From Candidatus Komeilibacteria bacterium (lineage in GTDB: Bacteria > Patescibacteriota > Patescibacteriia > UBA1558 > UBA10009): a stretch of 64,000 nt of DNA. The stretch is from NCBI GenBank assembly GCA_026396575.1, contig JAPLWM010000007.1, positions 76,760-140,759 of the forward strand, in the 5' to 3' direction. The notes below the pieces were generated by a model. The model did no database searches. It worked only from the letters and a program-made list of their open reading frames with translations, and was not told the DNA's origin. Positions 27,670-37,424 of the stretch are shown here, in pieces; positions within the stretch are counted from its first letter, which is position 1; each line of letters opens with the position of its first letter. The translations under genes and the position numbers were made by a program.

Positions 27670-29095
27670 TAATTTATTCGGTAAAACATTCAGGATAACT
27701 TTTTTATCGATCTTTATTGCCGAAGTCATTTCTTTTTTGGTTCAGGGCGTTGTTCAGTTGAATAATTTATTTTTTTTGTTAATCGCCGGCGCGGTTTTGA
27801 TTTTAAGCCTGTTTAAATTGGAATACGGCTTGTATGCCTTATGGGCTGAACTCTTAATTTCTTCCAAGGGTTATTTGTTTTATTTTACTTTAGCCGGCCA
27901 GCGGATTTCTTTAAGGATCGGCTTGTTTGTTGTTATTTTATCGGTTTGGCTGTGGCGGTTTGTTTTTAAAAAAGACAGAAAATTTTTTATCGGCAACCAA
28001 TGGCTTAACGGCTATTTGTTTTTGGCAGCGGTTATTATTTTGGGCCTAACCGCGGGTTTGCTTAATAACCGCTTAAGCAATGTTTTTTTGGATGCCAATG
28101 CCTGGCTGTTTTTTTTAATGGCGCCAGTTTGGTTCAGCGCTCTGGCGAGTGAAAAAATTATTAGAAATATTTTAGCCATTTTATTGTCCGCCGCCGGTTA
28201 TTTGTCGGTGCAGACCTTGGCCTTGGCGGCTCTTTTTTCCCGCCAGCTGCCGCCTGTTTCAGCCCCGCTTTATCAATGGATTAGAAGCAGCGGCTTGGGC
28301 GAAATTACTCCATTGGGCGACGGTTTTTATCGTATTTTTTTTCAATCCCAGATTTATTTGCTGGTGGCTTTGTTTTTAACTTTGGCTTTATTGATTTTAA
28401 CCAAGCCTAAAAAAGGGGAGAGAGTTTGGTTAAGCGCCGTGGCGGCTTTGTCCAGCACCGCCTTGCTGGCTTCGTTATCCCGCAGCTTTTGGCTGGGGTT
28501 GATAGCCGGCATTTTATTTTTATTAATCATGGGCGCGATAAAATTCAAATTGTCTTTTAAATATTTAACCGGGATTATTTTAATTTTAATTTCGGCCTTT
28601 GTTTTGGAATTGGGATTTTTATCGCTCCTGGCCGGCAATTATTATCCTAAGGTTTTATTCGGGCGCTTAACTAATCCAACGGAAGAGGCGGCCGGTTCCA
28701 GCCGTTTGCAGCAGTTTAAGCCGTTAATTAAAAGTATTTCCCAGCATTGGTTATTGGGAGCTGGTTTTGGCAAAACCGTAACTTACATCAGCAATGATCC
28801 GCGGGTCAGGGAAAAATCCCCCAGCGGGCTTTATACCGCCTATGCTTTTGAATTGGGCTATTTGGACATTTGGCTTAAACTGGGGGTTTTGGGCCTGCTT
28901 GCTTATTTGTATTTAATCGCTAAAATAGTTCAAGCCAGCTTAAAACTGGGGGTTTTAGGCATAAGCCTGATTTTAGGCCTGATTGCCATAGCCGTGACCA
29001 GCGTTTTCAGCCCGTATCTTAACCATCCTCTGGGCATCGGTTTTATTATTCTAAGCACGGCGATTATTAATTATCTGCCAAAGAATGAGCAATAA
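27662..29095 (+). CDS. O-antigen ligase/polymerase-like (Wzy/WaaL family) membrane protein
   Basis: About 10-12 TM helices with a WaaL-type loop (LASLSRSFWLGLIAG). Confidence 0.6.
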   Translation: MFNNLFGKTFRITFLSIFIAEVISFLVQGVVQLNNLFFLLIAGAVLILSLFKLEYGLYALWAELLISSKGYLFYFTLAGQRISLRIGLFVVILSVWLWRFVFKKDRKFFIGNQWLNGYLFLAAVIILGLTAGLLNNRLSNVFLDANAWLFFLMAPVWFSALASEKIIRNILAILLSAAGYLSVQTLALAALFSRQLPPVSAPLYQWIRSSGLGEITPLGDGFYRIFFQSQIYLLVALFLTLALLILTKPKKGERVWLSAVAALSSTALLASLSRSFWLGLIAGILFLLIMGAIKFKLSFKYLTGIILILISAFVLELGFLSLLAGNYYPKVLFGRLTNPTEEAAGSSRLQQFKPLIKSISQHWLLGAGFGKTVTYISNDPRVREKSPSGLYTAYAFELGYLDIWLKLGVLGLLAYLYLIAKIVQASLKLGVLGISLILGLIAIAVTSVFSPYLNHPLGIGFIILSTAIINYLPKNEQ

Positions 29096-30104
29096 ATTAG
29101 CCATCAGCTTGGTTACCAACAATGCGGAAAAGTATCTGCCTTTTTGTTTAACCTCTGTTTTTAACCAGACCTATAAGGATTTCACTTTATTGATTATAGA
29201 CAACGGTTCCAGCGACCGGACCGTAAAATATTTGCAGGAAAACTATCCCCAGCTTAAAATGGTGGCTCATCAGGAAAATCTGGGCTTTGCCCAGGCCCAT
29301 AATCAGGCCATTTCCTGGAGCGAGAGCGAGTATTTAATGATGTTGAACCAGGATATAATTTTAGAGCCCGATTATTTGGAGCAGGCCGTTAAGTATTTGG
29401 ATAACCAGCCGGCGGCGGCGGTCGCCAGCGGCAAAATTTTAATTTGGGATTTTGCGGATAATCAGCGGACCAAGATCATTGATTCGCTGGGGCTTAAAGT
29501 TTTTAAAAACCATCGGGTAGTTAATATCAAAGAAGGGGAAACGGATTTGGGCGAAGATAACGAGATTAAGGAAATTTTCGGCGTTTCCGGCGCCGCTCCT
29601 ATTTTTAGGCGCAGTTCTTTGGAGCGGGTAAAAATCAAACTGTCTTCTTTTAAGCACGAGGAATATTTGGACGAAGATTTCTTTTCTTACAAGGAGGATG
29701 TGGATTTGGCCTGGCGTTTGCGTTTGGCTGGATATCAGGCGGTTTATTTGCCGAAGTGCGTGGCTTATCATGACCGCAGCGTTAGGCGGGTAAAAGATTT
29801 AAGCGATAGCGCCGCCCGGGTTTATCGCCAGGAAAAAAACAAGCTGGTTAAGGTTTATTCCTATAAAAATCATTTCCTGCTGCTGTTTAAAAATGAATTT
29901 TTTAAGAACTTGATCAAATATTTTCCGCCTCTGGCCTGGTATGAATTTAAAAAATTCGCTTTTATCTTGTTGGTTGAACCGACCAGTTGGCAATCTTTTA
30001 AAATGATTAAACAACAATGGCGGAAAAATTGGCTGAAGCGCAAATATATCATTAAAAATATCAGAAAAATAACAGCCGAGGAATTGGCCAAGTGGTACGA
30101 ATAA
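29085..30104 (+). CDS. Glycosyltransferase family 2
   Basis: ISLVTNN...IIDNGSSDRT and a DxD region. Confidence 0.75.
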   Translation: MSNKLAISLVTNNAEKYLPFCLTSVFNQTYKDFTLLIIDNGSSDRTVKYLQENYPQLKMVAHQENLGFAQAHNQAISWSESEYLMMLNQDIILEPDYLEQAVKYLDNQPAAAVASGKILIWDFADNQRTKIIDSLGLKVFKNHRVVNIKEGETDLGEDNEIKEIFGVSGAAPIFRRSSLERVKIKLSSFKHEEYLDEDFFSYKEDVDLAWRLRLAGYQAVYLPKCVAYHDRSVRRVKDLSDSAARVYRQEKNKLVKVYSYKNHFLLLFKNEFFKNLIKYFPPLAWYEFKKFAFILLVEPTSWQSFKMIKQQWRKNWLKRKYIIKNIRKITAEELAKWYE

Positions 30105-30105
30105 T

Positions 30106-30906
30106 ATGGATTTATCAATTATTATTTTAAATTATCGGCAAAAGGGCTTGGTTAAATATTGCCTTAAAAATTTATTGTCCTTAGATTTGCCCATGAGTTG
30201 CGAAATTATCGTGGTGGATAACGCTTCTGGCGATGGTTTAGCGGAAATGCTGGCTGCTGAATTTATGGGCGTAAAATTCGTAGCGGCCCCATTAAATCGC
30301 GGTTATGGCGCCGGCAACAACTTGGGCATTAAAAAATCATCGGGCAAATATGTTTTAATTTTAAATCCCGATGTCCGCTTAAACGCCGAAGCGATTAGCG
30401 GGCTGTATGAATTTTTAGAGGCCCGGGCCCAGGCGGGATTAGTCGGCCCGAAAATTTTAAACCCCGACGGCAGCTTGCAATACACTTGTTCGCGCTTTCC
30501 CGATTGGCATTTGCCTTTTTATCGCCGGACGTTTTTAGGCAAAAGCGCCGCCGGCCAAAAGTGGAACGAGCATTATTTAATGATGGATTGGGATCATTTA
30601 ACGGAGAAATCAGTTGATTGGCTATTCGGGGCCTGTTTAATGGCTCGCCGGGAAGCAATTGATCAGGTGGGTTTGTTCGATGAACAATATTTTTTATATA
30701 TGGAGGATTTGGACTGGTGCCGCCGTTTTTGGGAAAACAGCCGGGAAGTTTGGTATCTGCCACAAGCCGAGGTAATCCATTATCATCAGCGCGCTTCGGC
30801 CGAAGTTAATGTTTTCTGGTCTTTATTTTCCCGCACGCCCCGCAGCCATTTGTTAAGCTGGCTAAAGTATTATTTTAAGTTTAAAAACAAAAAATTGCCC
30901 AGGTAA
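30106..30906 (+). CDS. Glycosyltransferase family 2
   Basis: LSIIILNYR...VVDNASGDG. Confidence 0.8.
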   Translation: MDLSIIILNYRQKGLVKYCLKNLLSLDLPMSCEIIVVDNASGDGLAEMLAAEFMGVKFVAAPLNRGYGAGNNLGIKKSSGKYVLILNPDVRLNAEAISGLYEFLEARAQAGLVGPKILNPDGSLQYTCSRFPDWHLPFYRRTFLGKSAAGQKWNEHYLMMDWDHLTEKSVDWLFGACLMARREAIDQVGLFDEQYFLYMEDLDWCRRFWENSREVWYLPQAEVIHYHQRASAEVNVFWSLFSRTPRSHLLSWLKYYFKFKNKKLPR

Positions 30907-30925
30907 ACGAGGGCAGGCGATTTTC

Positions 30926-30954
30926 TTGTCAAAAACCGATTTTTTGGATATAAT
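30926..30954 (+). promoter_or_regulatory. Putative lysS promoter: TTGTCA, 17-nt spacer, TATAAT
   Basis: -35 at 30926-30931 and a perfect -10 at 30949-30954, 9 nt before the ATG. Confidence 0.45.
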
Positions 30955-30963
30955 AAGCCCATT

Positions 30964-32445
30964 ATGACACAAAAAACTTCAGCGCCAATCAATCCCTCGG
31001 ATGAGTATAAAATCCGTTTGGAGCGGTTGAATCAAATTAAAAAAGCGGGCATTGACCCCTATTTAAAAACGGCCATCCGCAGCCATGAAATTAAGGTTCT
31101 TTTGGCCGATTTTGATAAAATTAAAAATTCCGTAATCATTGCTGGGCGCTTGCGTTCGGTGCGGCTGCACGGCGGTTCCTGCTTTGCCAATTTGGCAGAC
31201 GAATCCGGCAAAATCCAGCTGTATTTTAAAAAAGACCAAGTCGGCGAAGCTTACCGGTTTTTTACCGATCAGATAGATATCGGCGATTTTTTGGAAGTTA
31301 GCGGCACTTTATTTAGCACCCATAAAGGCGAAAAAACGGTTTTAGTGGAAAGCTTTAAACTGTTAACCAAATCCCTGTTGCCCTTGCCGGAAAAATGGCA
31401 CGGCTTAACCGACGTGGAAACCAGGTTTAGGCAGCGTTATTTGGATTTAATCGCTAATCCCAAAGTCAAGGAAATTTTTCTCAAGCGTTCGCGGATTATC
31501 CAGTTTATCCGGGATTACTTATTAAAGTTGGGTTTTACCGAAGTGGAAACGCCCATTTTACAAGCCGTGGCCTCGGGCGCCATTGCCCAGCCGTTTAAAA
31601 CTCGGCATAACGCGCTTAAAGCCGATTTGTACCTAAGAATCGCTCCGGAAATTTATTTAAAGGAATTGATCGTCGGCGGCTTTGAAAAGGTTTTTGAAAT
31701 TGCCCGCTGTTTTAGAAACGAAGGCATCGATTACGCCCATAATCCGGAATTTACCCAAGTGGAGTTTTACTGGGCTTATAAGGATTACGAGGATTTAATG
31801 GAGTTTATGGAAAAGTTCATGGCCGATCTGGTTAAAGCGGTAAACGGCTCAACGGTTGTAGAGTACGACGGCAAGCAAATTGATTTTGCCGGCCCTTATC
31901 CCAGAGTGGATTTTAAACAGGCCCTGTTGGAAGAAATCAAAGTGGATTTGGATGAAATAAACAATAAGGAGCTTTTTAAAAAAGCCCATGAGTTAGGCCT
32001 GAAGCCGGAAAAAAGCTGGGGCCGCGGCAAATTGGCCGACGAGCTGTATAAAAAATTCGTCCGGCCTAAGCTGATCAATCCAACTTATATCATTAATCAT
32101 CCGATCGAGCTTTCGCCTTTGGCCAAAAAAATCGCTGACCGTCCCAATTACGTGGAAAGATTCCAACTGATCATTGGCGGCCGGATAGAATTAGCCAACG
32201 CTTTTACCGAACTCAACGATCCCTTGGACCAGGAAGAAAGGTTTAAGTTTCAGCAGGAATTGGCGCGCCAGGGCGATGCCGAAGCCATGGGCAAGGATGA
32301 CGAATTCGTGGAGGCCTTAAAATACGGTTTGCCGCCCACCGCCGGTTTGGGCCTGGGCATCGATCGCTTGGTTAACGTTTTAACCAATACCCATAATATC
32401 AAAGAGGTTATTTTATTTCCCACGCTGCGGCCGGAAAAATATTGA
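30964..32445 (+). CDS. lysS: Lysyl-tRNA synthetase, class II
   Basis: OB-fold N-terminus plus class II motifs (FRNEGIDYAHNPEFT, GLGIDRL). Confidence 0.9.
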   Translation: MTQKTSAPINPSDEYKIRLERLNQIKKAGIDPYLKTAIRSHEIKVLLADFDKIKNSVIIAGRLRSVRLHGGSCFANLADESGKIQLYFKKDQVGEAYRFFTDQIDIGDFLEVSGTLFSTHKGEKTVLVESFKLLTKSLLPLPEKWHGLTDVETRFRQRYLDLIANPKVKEIFLKRSRIIQFIRDYLLKLGFTEVETPILQAVASGAIAQPFKTRHNALKADLYLRIAPEIYLKELIVGGFEKVFEIARCFRNEGIDYAHNPEFTQVEFYWAYKDYEDLMEFMEKFMADLVKAVNGSTVVEYDGKQIDFAGPYPRVDFKQALLEEIKVDLDEINNKELFKKAHELGLKPEKSWGRGKLADELYKKFVRPKLINPTYIINHPIELSPLAKKIADRPNYVERFQLIIGGRIELANAFTELNDPLDQEERFKFQQELARQGDAEAMGKDDEFVEALKYGLPPTAGLGLGIDRLVNVLTNTHNIKEVILFPTLRPEKY

Positions 32446-32474
32446 AGAAATTTTAAAATATCTTATATAAAAAT

Positions 32475-33743
32475 ATGCTGGACATCAATAAAATAAGAGA
32501 ACATCAAGAAGAAGTTAGGCAAGCTTTATTAAAGCGCCTTAATCAAAAAGATTTTGATTTGGCTAAAATTATTGAATTGGACGATGCCAGGCGCGCTTTA
32601 ATTAAAGAAGCCGATGAACTTAAAAGCCAAAGAAATAACACTTCCAAAACCAAGCCCGCTCCGGAAGTTATCGCCAGCATGAAAAAAGTGGGCGAGAAAA
32701 TAAAGCATTTGGACCAGGAAATTAAGGAGACGGAAAATTTGCTTAATGAAAAATTAGCGGCTTTGCCAAATTTGCCGGCTGATGATGTAAAATCCGGCAA
32801 CAAGGAAAATAACGAAGTTTTAAAAATATGCGGCAAAAAACCGATTTTTAAATTTCAGCCCAAGGATCATATTGAGCTGGCTACTGCTTTAAAGCTGGTG
32901 GATTACGAGAGGGGTGTTAAAATGTCCGGTTCGGGCTTTTGGGCCTATACCGGCAAAGGCGCTTTGTTGGAATGGGCATTATTGAATTATTTTATAGATT
33001 TCCATAAAAAAAATAGTTATACTTTTTTAATCCCGCCGTTTTTATTAACCGAACAATCGGCTTATACTTCCGGCCATTTGCCCAAGTTTAAAGACGATTT
33101 ATATTGGACGTCCGCCTCCGCTGGCGCTACGGCGGACAGGCAGGACAAGTTGTGTTTAAATGCCACTAGCGAGATGATGTTATTGAATTACCATCGGGAC
33201 GAGATTTTAACCGAAACGGAATTGCCCAAAAAATATTTTGCCTATTCGCCTTGCTTTAGAAGGGAAGCGGGCGCTTACCGCACCGAAGAACGGGGCATGG
33301 TTAGGGGCCATCAATTCAACAAAGTGGAAATGTTCGCTTTTGCCAAGCCGGAAGATTCCTGGAAAATTTTCAAGGAATTGCTTAAAAACGCCGAAAAATT
33401 ATTGGACGGCCTGGGCTTGCATTTTCAAACGGTTAAACTGGCGGCCGGCGATGCTTCGGCGGCTATGGCCAAAACGGTGGATTTGGAAGTCTGGCTGCCC
33501 AGCATGAAGATGTATAAGGAAGTTTCCAGCGTTTCCAGCGCTTTGGATTACCAGGCCAGAAGAGGCAATATCCGCTATAAAACTGCCGGCGGTAAAAATG
33601 AATTTATGCACACGCTTAACGGTTCCGGCTTGGCTACCAGCCGCTTATTGCCCGCTATTTTGGAGCAGAATCAGCAACCCGACGGTTCGGTTAAGATACC
33701 CAGGATCTTAAGGAAATATTTGGATTTTAAGGTGATTAAATAA
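32475..33743 (+). CDS. serS: Seryl-tRNA synthetase
   Basis: N-terminal coiled-coil arm and a class II core (FRREAGAYRTEERGMVRGHQFNKVE). Confidence 0.9.
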   Translation: MLDINKIREHQEEVRQALLKRLNQKDFDLAKIIELDDARRALIKEADELKSQRNNTSKTKPAPEVIASMKKVGEKIKHLDQEIKETENLLNEKLAALPNLPADDVKSGNKENNEVLKICGKKPIFKFQPKDHIELATALKLVDYERGVKMSGSGFWAYTGKGALLEWALLNYFIDFHKKNSYTFLIPPFLLTEQSAYTSGHLPKFKDDLYWTSASAGATADRQDKLCLNATSEMMLLNYHRDEILTETELPKKYFAYSPCFRREAGAYRTEERGMVRGHQFNKVEMFAFAKPEDSWKIFKELLKNAEKLLDGLGLHFQTVKLAAGDASAAMAKTVDLEVWLPSMKMYKEVSSVSSALDYQARRGNIRYKTAGGKNEFMHTLNGSGLATSRLLPAILEQNQQPDGSVKIPRILRKYLDFKVIK

Positions 33744-33786
33744 CACGATTAAGAGGCGGTTATTTTATAAGCGACTGATTAGGCGA

Positions 33787-33816
33787 GGTAATATGAAAAT
33801 TTATTTTCATATTACC
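33787..33816. promoter_or_regulatory. Inverted repeat with 14-bp arms (ggtaatatgaaaat tt attttcatattacc) upstream of the hydrolase gene
   Basis: Two 14-bp arms separated by 2 nt with no flanking T-run. Candidate operator site. Confidence 0.3.
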
Positions 33817-33850
33817 GAGACGAGGAGCTTATATTAGCACGGGGAAATAT

Positions 33851-34600
33851 ATGGAGATTAAAAACACGGTTATTGATAATCTCTCCATCCGCTATTTGGA
33901 GATTAATAATAATGCCAGCCGGCATTTGCTTTTTTTACCCGGCTGGGGCGGCAGTTTGGAAACCTGGCAGGAATTTTTAACCAAGTTCATCGGCGCGCCG
34001 ATTGATGTTTTAGCTTTGGATTTGCCCGGCTTTGGCCAAAGCGCCAAGCCTGCTGCTGCCTGGGATTTGGAAAATTATACTAAATTTTTAAAAAATGCGG
34101 TTGATTATTTTAAATTGGATCATTTTTATTTGTTCGGCCATTCTTTCGGCGGCCAGGTAGCCGTTAATTTTGCCTACCATTACCCCGACCGTTTAATCGG
34201 TCTGTTTTTATCCGGCGCGGCCGCCTTAAGGCCCAAGGCGCCGGCTTTAAAACGCTTGATTATTTTGGCGGCCAAATTCTTTAAAAATATTTTGCCGCCG
34301 CCGATAAAAACCATGATTTATCGCGCTTTGGGTTCGGATTACGGCAAGCTGGATGATCCAATAATGAAACGAATTTTTCAAAATGTAATTAAGCACGACC
34401 TGAGGCACCTCTTAAAATATTTGCGGGTGAAAACGATAATTATTTGGGGCCGGCAGGATAATTTTACGCCGCTCTGGCAGGGACAATTGATCCACGGTTT
34501 AATTGGCAATTCCCAGCTGGTTGTTCTGGAGAATATCGGCCATAGCCCGCAACTGCAAAGCCCGGACGAACTTTATCAAATAATCAGCAATAATCTTTAA
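33851..34600 (+). CDS. Alpha/beta hydrolase
   Basis: GHSFGG nucleophile elbow and a C-terminal His motif. Confidence 0.75.
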   Translation: MEIKNTVIDNLSIRYLEINNNASRHLLFLPGWGGSLETWQEFLTKFIGAPIDVLALDLPGFGQSAKPAAAWDLENYTKFLKNAVDYFKLDHFYLFGHSFGGQVAVNFAYHYPDRLIGLFLSGAAALRPKAPALKRLIILAAKFFKNILPPPIKTMIYRALGSDYGKLDDPIMKRIFQNVIKHDLRHLLKYLRVKTIIIWGRQDNFTPLWQGQLIHGLIGNSQLVVLENIGHSPQLQSPDELYQIISNNL

Positions 34601-34605
34601 CGGCC

Positions 34606-36186
34606 ATGGCGATAAATTACAGCCAAATTTTTCTGTGGCTTTTGTTTTTAACTGTCATCGTCAAGCACGGTTTATTTTGGACGGCCGTTTGGCAGATTAA
34701 GGAATATCGCCTGGATCGGTTGCGGGATTATTTAAGCACTCCGGAAGGCAAAAAAGCCGTTTTTAATTTCGGCGCGCTGATGGAATTCGCCGCCTTGGTT
34801 TTGATTTTAACTTTAATTAACAGGACGGGCTGGTTATTGCTAGTTACGATAGTTTTTTTAGCGGAAGCGGTTTTGGCTATTCAACATTTAAAGAAGCGAA
34901 CTTTTATCAAACCCTCTTTTACCGCCAAAGCCGGTTTAATTTCCGCTGGGACGGCAATTTTGGCCTTAGCCATGGCTCTGCTGGTTTTTTATAATCGGCC
35001 TGTTTTATTTTATCCGGGTTTATTGGTTATCGCTTTGGTTGCCGGCGCTTTGGTTGCCGGGATTATTTTATTGTTTTATCCCTTGTCTTTTTTCTTAAAA
35101 CAAAGAATTATCGCGGTTGCCAAAAATAAAATAGCCCTGGCCAAAAATCTTAAAGTTATAGGCATTACCGGCAGCTATGGTAAAACCAGCGTTAAAGAGC
35201 TTACTTATCAGGTATTGGCACGCCATTTTCAAACAGCCAAAACCGAAAAAAACAATAATACGGAAATCGGCGTGGCCCAAACCGTTAACCGGCTGAATTT
35301 GGCGGAAACCGAACTTTTTATTGCGGAAATGGGAGCTTATAAAATCGGGGAGATCAAGCGGCTCTGCGATCTGGTAAAACCCAGCATCGGCATTTTAACC
35401 GGCATTGATAACCAGCACGGCGCTTTATTCGGCGGTTTGGATAACATTATTAAAGCCAAAGCGGAAATTATCCTAGCTTTGCCAATTGGCGGAACCGCCA
35501 TACTTAATTATGAAAATAAATTCATCAGGCAATTGGTTTTACCCGCCAATCTTAAAAAAATCAGCTATGGTTTTGCCGCTGCGGATTTGATTGCTTCCAA
35601 AATAACTTTTAACGGGCAGCGGCAATCGTTTAACGTTACGTACCGAAATCAAAACGCGGAGTTTTCCACCGAATTAATCGGCCGGCATAATATTTTGAAT
35701 TTGCTGGCGGCCATGGCCGCGGCTTTGGCTTTGGGTTTAACTTTGGCGGAAATCAAAGCAGACGTGTCCAAGGTAACGATGGTCGATCAAACTTTGAAAT
35801 TAATCAATCGCGGCCAGCTGATTTTATTGGACGACAGCTACAACGCCAATTTTACCGGGGTGTTGGCGGCTCTGGAAACATTGGGGCAATTCAAGCAGGC
35901 TAAAATGGTGGTTTTGGACGATATCTTGGAATTGGGCCGAGAAACCAAAAAAATCCATCAGGCCGTGGCCGAGGCCGTGGCCGAGTGCGCTGCGGCCAAA
36001 ATCATTTTAACGGGCAAAAATTACAGCCGGCTGCTGGCCGGCTGTTTAAAGGCATTAAACGTTCCGGAAACAAAAATTTTAATTAAGCCCGCAGAAATTA
36101 GCAGTTATTTAAAATCGTTAAACGGAGAAAATGTTATTTTATTTGAAGGCCGCCGTTCCGGAAATTATTTAAAACTGTTTTTATGA
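34606..36186 (+). CDS. murF: MurF-like Mur ligase with a ~170-aa 4-TM membrane domain in place of the usual N-terminal domain
   Basis: GITGSYGKTS P-loop, NNNTEIG (MurF NNxIG signature), and the Mur ligase C-terminal domain. The first ~170 aa form 4 predicted TM helices. Confidence 0.6.
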   Translation: MAINYSQIFLWLLFLTVIVKHGLFWTAVWQIKEYRLDRLRDYLSTPEGKKAVFNFGALMEFAALVLILTLINRTGWLLLVTIVFLAEAVLAIQHLKKRTFIKPSFTAKAGLISAGTAILALAMALLVFYNRPVLFYPGLLVIALVAGALVAGIILLFYPLSFFLKQRIIAVAKNKIALAKNLKVIGITGSYGKTSVKELTYQVLARHFQTAKTEKNNNTEIGVAQTVNRLNLAETELFIAEMGAYKIGEIKRLCDLVKPSIGILTGIDNQHGALFGGLDNIIKAKAEIILALPIGGTAILNYENKFIRQLVLPANLKKISYGFAAADLIASKITFNGQRQSFNVTYRNQNAEFSTELIGRHNILNLLAAMAAALALGLTLAEIKADVSKVTMVDQTLKLINRGQLILLDDSYNANFTGVLAALETLGQFKQAKMVVLDDILELGRETKKIHQAVAEAVAECAAAKIILTGKNYSRLLAGCLKALNVPETKILIKPAEISSYLKSLNGENVILFEGRRSGNYLKLFL

Positions 36187-37424
36187 AACTGATCAGCGCC
36201 TCATTTTTCAGCACCCTCTCGGCCAGGCAGACCAAAGCCGCTTTAAAATATTTTTTGCCTTGGTTTTGGTTTAAAATAAGAAAAGGCGGATCGGTTCTAG
36301 AATTAGAAAAAACTTTTTCTAAAATTATCGGCGCCAAGTACGCTAAAAGTTTTTACAATGCCCGCAGCGCTATTTTTCAGGGGCTGGCCGCCTGCGGGAT
36401 AGGGGAGGGCGACGAAGTTATTGTCCAGGCTTATACCTGCGTTTCGGTAGCCAATGCCATTATGGCCTTGGGCGCGCGGCCGATTTATGCGGATATCAAG
36501 CCAGCGGACTTGAATATTGACCCTAAAAAAATTGCAGCGGCCATTACCCCTAAAACCAAAGCCATTATGGTTCAGCACACTTTTGGCACACCGGCCGATT
36601 TGGGGTCAATTTTGGCTCTGGCTAGTGCCAAAGGGTTGATTTTGGTGGAAGATTGCGCCCATGCTTTAGGCGCTCGTTATCAAAGGCAAAATGTAGGGAC
36701 TTTCGGTAAATTTTCGGTATTCAGCTTTGGCCGGGATAAAGTGATTTCCGGGGTAAACGGGGGAATGCTGGCAACTAACGATTCGGAGTTATTCAATAAG
36801 CTGCCAAAAAATCTGCCGCTGCCTCCAGTAGGCGTTATTTTGCAGAATTTGCTTTATCCGCTAATTGCCCAAATCAGCCGAGGAACTTATTATTTCGTCG
36901 GGCTGGGCAAGTTAATCATTGCCGCTGCCAAAACGCTTAAATTAATTCCCAAAATTACTTCTGCAGCGGAAAATAAATGCCAAGATCATAAAATTTTAAA
37001 TTACGCTTTGCCCAATTGTTTGGCCGATTTGATTATTGAGGAATTGGTAAAGTTGCCGGCTATTAACAGCCATCGCCAAAAAATAGCCGCTTATTACCAA
37101 CGGGCCTTAATCAATAAACAGGCTGATTATTTATACCCAAACGATCATCAAAAGGAAAACATTTATTTGCGTTTGGTTGTTTTAACTTCCAACAGGAAAT
37201 CGTTGTCTGATTATTTAAAGCGCCAAAGCGTAATTTTGGGCAATTGGTACGATGCCGCCATTGCCCCGCATCAGGTTAATTTCAATGATTGCGCTTACCA
37301 ATTAGGCAGCTGCCCCATAGCCGAAGATATTGCTCAAAAAACTTTAAATTTACCCAATCATGCCGGCATTGATTTTTCGCAAGCCAAAAAAGTAGCTGAT
37401 TTAATTAACCAATGGCAGGAATGA
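36183..37424 (+). CDS. DegT/DnrJ/EryC1/StrS-family PLP-dependent sugar aminotransferase
   Basis: Aminotransferase pattern (VQAYTCVSVANAIMALGARP, FSFGRDKVISG) with the PLP lysine region. Confidence 0.8.
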   Translation: MKLISASFFSTLSARQTKAALKYFLPWFWFKIRKGGSVLELEKTFSKIIGAKYAKSFYNARSAIFQGLAACGIGEGDEVIVQAYTCVSVANAIMALGARPIYADIKPADLNIDPKKIAAAITPKTKAIMVQHTFGTPADLGSILALASAKGLILVEDCAHALGARYQRQNVGTFGKFSVFSFGRDKVISGVNGGMLATNDSELFNKLPKNLPLPPVGVILQNLLYPLIAQISRGTYYFVGLGKLIIAAAKTLKLIPKITSAAENKCQDHKILNYALPNCLADLIIEELVKLPAINSHRQKIAAYYQRALINKQADYLYPNDHQKENIYLRLVVLTSNRKSLSDYLKRQSVILGNWYDAAIAPHQVNFNDCAYQLGSCPIAEDIAQKTLNLPNHAGIDFSQAKKVADLINQWQE

